Of a stretch of 64,000 nucleotides of DNA, positions 58,432 to 64,000 are shown piece after piece. The stretch's first letter is position 1; each line of letters starts with the position of its first letter. The stretch spans positions 142,009 through 206,008 of the forward strand of contig DMMY01000016.1 in the NCBI GenBank assembly GCA_003452935.1, written 5' to 3'. A program made the translations under genes and the position numbers. Origin of the DNA: Elusimicrobiota bacterium (GTDB taxonomy: Bacteria > Elusimicrobiota > Elusimicrobia > UBA1565 > UBA9628). Below the pieces are notes generated by a model. That model had not been told where the DNA came from and searched no databases. It saw only the letters and a list, made by a program, of their open reading frames with translations.

Positions 58432-59486
58432 CGGCCTGCCTGCTGGGACTAAGCGCCTGCCAAGGGGGGGGGGCCTATTTCCCAATCGGATTATTCAACA
58501 CGGGAAATCCCAAGGACCTCCGGTCCATTAAAAAGGCCGGATTTAACGCGGTCCAGACTTACTCCCGCGACCCGGCGCAGCTCAAGGCCCTGGCCAAGGC
58601 CGCCGATAAAGCCGGCGTCAAGCTCCTGGCCCATCCCCAGGAGCTCTCGGCCTCGACCGTGCCCGTGCGCGGCTGGCCCATGGCGGCTTGGTATCTCGTC
58701 GACGAGCCCGACGTCAACGGCATGAGTCCGAGCGAGCTCTGCTACCTCGCCGGCAAGGTCAAGGCCTGGGCGCCCCGGATACCGGGCGCTTTCGTGGTCG
58801 GCGCCGGGGCCAAGGCCCGGGACTACGCGGCCTGCGGCGACATCCTCATGGTCGACTGGTACCCCGTGCCCCACATGCCCCTTGAATCCGCGGGAGAGAA
58901 CGTGCGCCTCACCGTCGAGGCCGCGGGCGACAAGCCGGTCTGGGCCGTGCTCCAGGCCATGAACTGGAAAGACTACGCCCAGCGCGATCCCAAAAAGCCG
59001 CGCGTCGGCAGATTCCCGACATACGGCGAGATACGCTTCATGACCTATCACTCCATCATCGCCGGGGCCAAGGGCGTATGGTACTTCTCATACGCCAAGC
59101 CCGGCGGCGCGACCCTGGCGCAAAGCCCGGAGGAATGGCTCGCCGTCACCGCCATGGCCAAGGAACTCGCCGCGCTTCGCCCCATCTTCGAGGGGGGAAC
59201 TCCCGCCTATCTTCCCTTCCCGCCCAACCCGGACGGCCCCCTGGCCAAGGCCTGGCGCTATCACGGCCGCGACTACGTCATCATCGCCAACCCCAAGCCC
59301 AAGGCCATGCAGCTCGTGCCCGAGGCGTTGCTCGCGATGCATTGGCGGCCGCTTTTCGAGACCAGGCGCTACCAGAAGGAGCTCTTGAAGAAGGTCGGGG
59401 AAGGCTTTTATCTGCCGCCCTACCGCGTCCTGGTCTTCGAAAGCCGCCTCTCCTGGCGCTCTTCCCGCCCCAAGACCTGGCCTTAA
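58377..59486 (+). CDS. Lipoprotein paralog 2 of the 55336 protein (host-like GC)
   Basis: Lipobox LLGLSAC. Same conserved blocks as paralog 1. Lies inside a long artefactual ORF (56910..59486); the real start is the ATG at 58377. Confidence 0.35.
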   Translation: MPLRPAISYSPCLRLGLLAACLLGLSACQGGGAYFPIGLFNTGNPKDLRSIKKAGFNAVQTYSRDPAQLKALAKAADKAGVKLLAHPQELSASTVPVRGWPMAAWYLVDEPDVNGMSPSELCYLAGKVKAWAPRIPGAFVVGAGAKARDYAACGDILMVDWYPVPHMPLESAGENVRLTVEAAGDKPVWAVLQAMNWKDYAQRDPKKPRVGRFPTYGEIRFMTYHSIIAGAKGVWYFSYAKPGGATLAQSPEEWLAVTAMAKELAALRPIFEGGTPAYLPFPPNPDGPLAKAWRYHGRDYVIIANPKPKAMQLVPEALLAMHWRPLFETRRYQKELLKKVGEGFYLPPYRVLVFESRLSWRSSRPKTWP

Positions 59487-59546
59487 GGCCTTTCGCCGCG
59501 ACAGGAGATGCGGCCGAAGCGGCCGCAACCTTCACGACAACGGCGC

Positions 59547-59619
59547 GGAACCTTTTTGAGGGTTCGATCGTATACCTCCTAGGCTGATCCGGGCCATAGG
59601 GCCCTTGACAATATAGTAT
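59547..59619 (+). promoter_or_regulatory. Repeat cassette R1 (ggaacctttttgagg...GGGCC-ata-GGGCCC-TTGACAATATAGTAT) abutting the ATG at 59620
   Basis: Aligns over ~70 nt with 62354-62435. A GACAAT box ends 7 nt before the ATG, a leaderless geometry. Confidence 0.5.
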
Positions 59620-59955
59620 ATGCAATCTAATATATATGTTAGTAGCGGCCATATTAAAGCCAAGCCGCTCATCAGGTACAAACTGACGGATGAAGAGGGA
59701 AATTTAACGCAAATAGCGGCGTGGAGGGTTCCGGCAGATGCGAAGCATCCGGAAGGGGTGCGATACAGAATGGCTTTTGTCCCAAGGGGGCATTCGCGCC
59801 CCGTCGTCCTCTACGATAACCATCATCCAAAAGGACACCACAAACACATAGGCGCGCAAGAAAGCCCCTATCTGTTTTTCGACGCGCGCCGGTTGGTGCT
59901 GGATTTCAACCGGGACATCCAGCTCTGGAAGCAAGCCAGGGGGTGGCCGCAATGA
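59620..59955 (+). CDS. Small protein with an HHPKGHHKH motif, putative TumE-like (DUF6516-type) toxin component
   Basis: 111 aa; YDNHHPKGHHKHIG histidine-rich motif; its 3' end overlaps the next gene (ATGA). Confidence 0.35.
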   Translation: MQSNIYVSSGHIKAKPLIRYKLTDEEGNLTQIAAWRVPADAKHPEGVRYRMAFVPRGHSRPVVLYDNHHPKGHHKHIGAQESPYLFFDARRLVLDFNRDIQLWKQARGWPQ

Positions 59956-60323
59956 AGGTCGTTACCTTTGAAATCAAGGACGCGGCAACGGCCATGGCTC
60001 AGTTCCAAGAGGCGTTCGAAGCCGCCCACGGCCGAAAACCCTTCAAGCCGAAGTCCGGGGTCTATTTCACGAGCCTCGCAGCGGTGAGGAATTTCCTCAC
60101 TCCGAAACGGCTGGCCCTGCTTCGCCTCATCCGCGCGAAAAAGCCCCACAGCATCTACCACCTAGCCCAATTAACGGGCCGGAGCTTTTCCAGCGTCCTC
60201 AAGGACGTGGACATGCTTGCCAAACATGGCCTCGTGAGATTATCAAGGGACAAGGCCTCGGCGCGGCGCGCCGTGCATCCGTGCGTCGGCTACAGCGCCA
60301 TCCAGGTTTGGATCAACGTTTAA
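59952..60323 (+). CDS. Winged-HTH DNA-binding protein, putative antitoxin partner
   Basis: LTPKRLALLRLIRAKKPHSIYHLAQLTGRSFSSVLKDVDMLAKHGLV HTH; tightly coupled to the upstream small ORF. Confidence 0.45.
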   Translation: MKVVTFEIKDAATAMAQFQEAFEAAHGRKPFKPKSGVYFTSLAAVRNFLTPKRLALLRLIRAKKPHSIYHLAQLTGRSFSSVLKDVDMLAKHGLVRLSRDKASARRAVHPCVGYSAIQVWINV

Positions 60324-60332
60324 ACCGGGCCT

Positions 60333-62252
60333 TCAGGAGGCCGCGGCCGGCTCCGGGGGCGGGGCGAGGCTGCGCCGGAAAGCGTCCATGCCGGGCATGC
60401 GGCCGAGGAAGTCGCGGAGCATTTGCCAGGGGTCCTTGGAGGCTCCAGGCTCAAGGACCTTCCTGCGGTACTCCATGCCGACCTTGGGGTTGAGGATTCC
60501 CTCGGCCAAAAACCTCGAGAGAACATCGACGGAGCGCACGTAAGCCCATGGATAGCCGTAGTAGCCTGCCTCGTAGCCCGATACGATATGATCAAAGTCC
60601 CCTATAACGGCTTTTGGGAAGTACCCGACCCACTCCGCGAAGACGCGGGCTGCGGCCTGGCCGACGTCCAGGGGGGACTCCAGGGTGTGGAAAGCCAGAT
60701 CCATGGCCGCAAGGGCCGAATGATACATCAGGTAATCGGCCGAGGCGGCGGACTGGGCGGCGAGCTGCTCTCGCAGGAGCTCCGGCGGCAGTTTTCGCGA
60801 CGGATCCTGGTCGTGGCCCGAGATGCGGGCGACGATCTCAGGCCGCCAAACCGCGTTTCCCCATAGCATGGACGGGATTTCCCTGAAGTCGACGGGGACC
60901 GACCACGAGTCATACCGGCTGTAGCGCGTCCTGGAGAGCAGTCCGTGCATGAGATGCCCGAATTCATGGAAAATCCTTTCCACTTCCTCGGGGCCGAGCC
61001 ACACGTTCGGATCCACGGAGCTTTTCTTGAATTTGGCGACCACGAGATTGATCGGATTTTGGTAGCCCCCGGCGCCGGAGGCATGGCCCTTGCGCAGGGC
61101 GTCGGCCCAGCCGTCTCCGACTTTCCCCGGACGATCGAAGAGGTCGAGGTAGAAGCTCCCTATCGCGCGGCCCGTGGCCGCGTCCGAGACCTCGAAGAAC
61201 CTCACGTCCGGATGCCAGGCCTGGGCCGGCAGTTCCTTGAAGTCGATCCCCAGGATCTCATGGAATATCTCGAAGGTCCCCTTCAGCACGGTGGCCACGG
61301 GAAAGTAGGGGCGCAGCCTCTGGTAAACGCTTTGGCCGTTTTGGGGAGCCTGGGCCCGCGCGCGGCCGGGCGATTGCAGTTCCGTCTTGAGCTCCGACAG
61401 GAAGGCTGCCGCATTTTCCGGAGTGCGCGCCATGTTCCGCGCGAGCCGGTATTGGGCGAAGTTCTTATAGCCCAGGATGCGGCTTTGTTCCTGGCGCAGC
61501 GCCAGTATCTCGCGCAGGATCGGCGGATTTATTTCCTCGGGCCGGCTCGGGCGCCCGGGCTGAGGCTGCCGCCCGGCCGGCGAATTGCCGGCGCGCGCCA
61601 GCAGCGCGCTTCCTACCGGCGCCTGGCTTTCCTCGAACTTGGAGATGTTGTCGACGAAAGCCTGGCTCAGTTCCGAGAGGCGATCATTGATGGCCTTTAG
61701 GTTGACGCGCTGTTCGATGGGCAGACCCATGCCCCGGGCCCTGTAATCCCGCAAAACGTCTTCCAGGAGCTTCTTGTTCTCCCCGCGCAGACGATCCTCG
61801 GCTTGCGCGGCCCGCAGGACCGCTTGGTAGATATCCTCGCGATAATTCAAGTCATCGAAGTGCCGCGCCGACCGGCGTTCAAGGGCTTTAGCCGCCCGCC
61901 TGACGCGAGGGTCCGGCGAGACGTCCTTCATCATGATCCAGGGAAGCACCGCGTCGTTGTAGCTCTCATGGGCCCGCTCCAGGGCCCGGACCGTGTTCTT
62001 GAAGTTCCGCTCGGCCGCCGGGACGACCAAGACCGCGTCGACGGCGGCGTTGTGACGCCGCTCGACTTCCTTATATCCGTTAATCATCCGCGCGTGGGTG
62101 AAGGAAAAATCCAGACCCGGACCCAAGGCGGACGCGCCCGCGGCGGCGGAAACGTTTCCGGCCGGAGTCCGGCCGCGGAGGGCGATCGCCTGGCCGCGGG
62201 CCGCGGCCGGCAGCAGGAACGCAGCCGAGGCCGCGATGAGTCCGAGGTTCAT
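60333..62252 (-). CDS. Secreted M3-family zinc metallopeptidase (oligopeptidase A / peptidyl-dipeptidase Dcp-like)
   Basis: Signal peptide; HEFGHLMH HExxH motif with downstream Glu; length and layout typical of M3. Confidence 0.85.
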   Translation of the reverse strand: MNLGLIAASAAFLLPAAARGQAIALRGRTPAGNVSAAAGASALGPGLDFSFTHARMINGYKEVERRHNAAVDAVLVVPAAERNFKNTVRALERAHESYNDAVLPWIMMKDVSPDPRVRRAAKALERRSARHFDDLNYREDIYQAVLRAAQAEDRLRGENKKLLEDVLRDYRARGMGLPIEQRVNLKAINDRLSELSQAFVDNISKFEESQAPVGSALLARAGNSPAGRQPQPGRPSRPEEINPPILREILALRQEQSRILGYKNFAQYRLARNMARTPENAAAFLSELKTELQSPGRARAQAPQNGQSVYQRLRPYFPVATVLKGTFEIFHEILGIDFKELPAQAWHPDVRFFEVSDAATGRAIGSFYLDLFDRPGKVGDGWADALRKGHASGAGGYQNPINLVVAKFKKSSVDPNVWLGPEEVERIFHEFGHLMHGLLSRTRYSRYDSWSVPVDFREIPSMLWGNAVWRPEIVARISGHDQDPSRKLPPELLREQLAAQSAASADYLMYHSALAAMDLAFHTLESPLDVGQAAARVFAEWVGYFPKAVIGDFDHIVSGYEAGYYGYPWAYVRSVDVLSRFLAEGILNPKVGMEYRRKVLEPGASKDPWQMLRDFLGRMPGMDAFRRSLAPPPEPAAAS

Positions 62253-62353
62253 GCGCCTATAGTCTAAGCGAATAAGCGGCTTTCGCGTATGGGGCCCAAG
62301 GCCCGCAATTCAGGCGACAAAAGACCCAGCGATTTCCTGGGCCCGGAATGCGG

Positions 62354-62435
62354 GCGAGGACTGGAACTTTTTTGAGGGGTCGCTCGTATATCCTTCAGGG
62401 AACCGGCCCAAAGGGCCCTTGTTAAAACATCAAAT
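62354..62435 (+). promoter_or_regulatory. Repeat cassette R2 (ggaacttttttgagg...GGCCC-aaa-GGGCCC-TTGTTAAAAC...) abutting the ATG at 62436
   Basis: Direct repeat of R1 about 2.8 kb away; GGGCCC palindromes at 62298-62311 and 62323-62330. Confidence 0.5.
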
Positions 62436-62804
62436 ATGATGTATCATGGCCGGGTAGGGCGATACGAACTGATCTTCTATGAAGATGCCCGCGGCATATG
62501 CCAAGTCCGAGATTATCTGCGCGCCCAGAGCAAAAAGGTCCGGGGCCATGCCGGCTGGTTATTGCAGCGGCTCGAGGAAGACGGCCCGAATCTGATCCGG
62601 CCGTCAGCAGCCTGCCTGGGCGACGGGATATATGAGCTTCGGATCATCGCGGAGAGGCGCCAACATCGGATTCTATACTTCTTTGATCGCGAGTTTATCG
62701 TGGCTACGAACGCTTTTCTCAAGAAGTCGGACCGAGTGCCCGACGCGGAAATAGAAAAAGCCAAGAAGACGCGCGCGGCGTGGAGAGGCCACCGAGGAAA
62801 ATGA
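62436..62804 (+). CDS. higB: HigB-like (Gp49/DUF891, RelE/ParE superfamily) toxin
   Basis: LEEDGPNLIRP...GDGIYELRII...HRILYFFDREFIVATNAFLKKSDRVPDAEIEKA, the canonical Gp49-like toxin pattern. Confidence 0.7.
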   Translation: MMYHGRVGRYELIFYEDARGICQVRDYLRAQSKKVRGHAGWLLQRLEEDGPNLIRPSAACLGDGIYELRIIAERRQHRILYFFDREFIVATNAFLKKSDRVPDAEIEKAKKTRAAWRGHRGK

Positions 62805-62805
62805 C

Positions 62806-63126
62806 ATGAGCACGAAAAAGAGACGGCACGTTCGCCTTAAGGATTTTTTACGGGAAGAATTGAAGGATCCGGCAATCCGAAGGTTTTATCACGAAGCCCG
62901 CGCCGAATGGCTCGCCGCCCAAGCGGTCATGAAGGCAAGGGCAGCGGCTCATTTGACGCAGGCTCAGTTGGCCCGCAGGATTCACACCAGCCAGCAGGCC
63001 ATCTCACGCATCGAGGCGGGGGAGCAAAACACCACCGTCGAAATTCTCCAGAAAATCGGCCGCGCCCTGGGCATGGAGCTGCGCATCGCTTACAAACCCA
63101 GAAGCCTGCGTCTTAAACACGCCTGA
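62806..63126 (+). CDS. higA: XRE-family HTH antitoxin (HigA-like)
   Basis: AAAHLTQAQLARRIHTSQQAISRIEAGEQNTTVEILQKIGRALGMEL XRE HTH; toxin-first order as in higBA. Confidence 0.7.
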   Translation: MSTKKRRHVRLKDFLREELKDPAIRRFYHEARAEWLAAQAVMKARAAAHLTQAQLARRIHTSQQAISRIEAGEQNTTVEILQKIGRALGMELRIAYKPRSLRLKHA

Positions 63127-64000
63127 AGGCGTACGGTAGGGCCGCTTGGCTCAGGGAGCGGGCGGCGGAGAAATCCGGCGCCGGGCGGCTGGGAAGCAGC
63201 CATCTCGAGCGCTCGAGGATGAGCGGGCTGCCCTCGCGGCCCAGCCAGAGCCGTCCTCCCCGCTTGGCGAAAGCCGAGATGAGCGGGCCGCCCTCGAGTT
63301 CGGGCAGGCCGTAGACCGCCGACACCGCCAGGGCCGAGTCCTTGTCGTGGCGGATAAGGCGCCTGGAATTGGCGTCAGCGGTCCAGAACTCATCGCCCGA
63401 GACGTCCATGCCGACCACGGAGGCGGGAGCGAGATACGTCTCCTGGACCGAAAGCGAGTCGTCGAGCGCGTGCCGGGAGATGCGCCCCGTCCCGTAATAG
63501 GCCGCGTAAAGGCCGCGGCCGTCGCTGGCCAAGGCGCAAACGCCTTGGTAGGGCAGGGGCCAGGACTTCTCCACGGAAAGCCCCGCGTCCATGCGCCGCC
63601 TCTGGACTTCGTTTTTTCCCGCGTCCGCCAGATACAGGAAGCCTCCGGCCAAGGCCAGCCCCGTGACGCGCAGACCCGCCAGATCGTACCTTCGCTCCTC
63701 GATCAAGCCGCCGTCCCTGAGCCTGAGACGGTAGACGGCCTGGTCGGATGAATCCGCCACCCAGAGAACGTCGCCCTGCCAGGCCATGGCCCGGGGATGG
63801 GAGAAGGTCATGGAGTGGTCCTGGCCGGGGGCGGGAAACGGCCTCCAGACCAGGACCGCGAGCAATGCGGCCAGACCAAGGCCGAGCCAAAGGCCCAGGC
63901 GGCGACCCGCCGGGGCCGGCTCGGGCCGGAGCGGCGCGTCCGCCTCCGGCGATTGGAGGACGACCGGCGCCTGCGACGACCGCTGCTCCTTGGCCGCGGC
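63113..64000 (-). CDS. Membrane-anchored beta-propeller-like protein (5' end beyond the window)
   Basis: The frame stays open to the window end and encodes a TM helix (LGLWLGLGLAALLAVLVW) upstream of the listed Met. Repeated WxADxx/YxADxG blades. Confidence 0.35.
   Translation of the reverse strand, partial: AAAKEQRSSQAPVVLQSPEADAPLRPEPAPAGRRLGLWLGLGLAALLAVLVWRPFPAPGQDHSMTFSHPRAMAWQGDVLWVADSSDQAVYRLRLRDGGLIEERRYDLAGLRVTGLALAGGFLYLADAGKNEVQRRRMDAGLSVEKSWPLPYQGVCALASDGRGLYAAYYGTGRISRHALDDSLSVQETYLAPASVVGMDVSGDEFWTADANSRRLIRHDKDSALAVSAVYGLPELEGGPLISAFAKRGGRLWLGREGSPLILERSRWLLPSRPAPDFSAARSLSQAALPYAFRRV

Noticed and set aside
56758-59486. ORFs 56758..58374 (minus, 538 aa) and 56910..59486 (plus, 858 aa)
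   Set aside because: Both are artefacts spanning the wbpM-like gene. Only the last 369 codons of the 56910 ORF (from ATG 58377) are a real gene, the lipoprotein paralog.

Overview
High-GC bacterial chromosome segment; roughly two-thirds G+C by eye, no exact count made. Three zones. (1) 1-15,900: a minus-strand housekeeping block, rpsB-tsf-pyrH-frr-uppS-cdsA-dxr-rseP | rimP-nusA-infB-rbfA-truB-riboflavin kinase, plus a PotC-like permease and a lytic transglycosylase. Genes in this block are chained by ATGA start/stop overlaps. (2) ~15,900-59,500: a ~43-kb plus-strand polysaccharide locus. Its high-GC flanks are conserved (OM beta-barrel, gmd, wza on the left; wbpM/pglF-like dehydratase on the right). 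Between them sits a ~37-kb core of visibly lower GC (~19,150-56,600, roughly half G+C), the classic architecture of a horizontally exchanged O-antigen/capsule variable region. The core encodes a pseudaminic-acid-like nonulosonic acid module (PseI/NeuB, CMP-transferase, PseG-like, DegT, two AsnB-like amidotransferases) and Wzx/Wzy/Wzc machinery. It also carries two radical-SAM/SPASM enzymes, two large GT-B-like unknown proteins, a split transketolase and three methyltransferases. In the middle of the biosynthetic operon is a secreted sialidase-like BNR protein with a T9SS C-terminal sorting domain, followed by a PorV/PorP-like OM barrel. (3) 59,500-64,000: two toxin-antitoxin-like modules (a TumE-like protein with a wHTH partner; HigB/HigA-like) separated by a secreted M3 peptidase. 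Each module is preceded by a copy of a repeated GGGCCC-palindrome/AT-box cassette that abuts the start codon, suggesting leaderless promoters. A third partial copy lies upstream of the transglycosylase gene. The window opens with an (AAC)10 microsatellite flanked by two perfect GC hairpins. No CRISPR array, tRNA, integrase or transposase was recognised. The presence of a T9SS suggests an FCB-group or related candidate-phylum host, but that is inference only.
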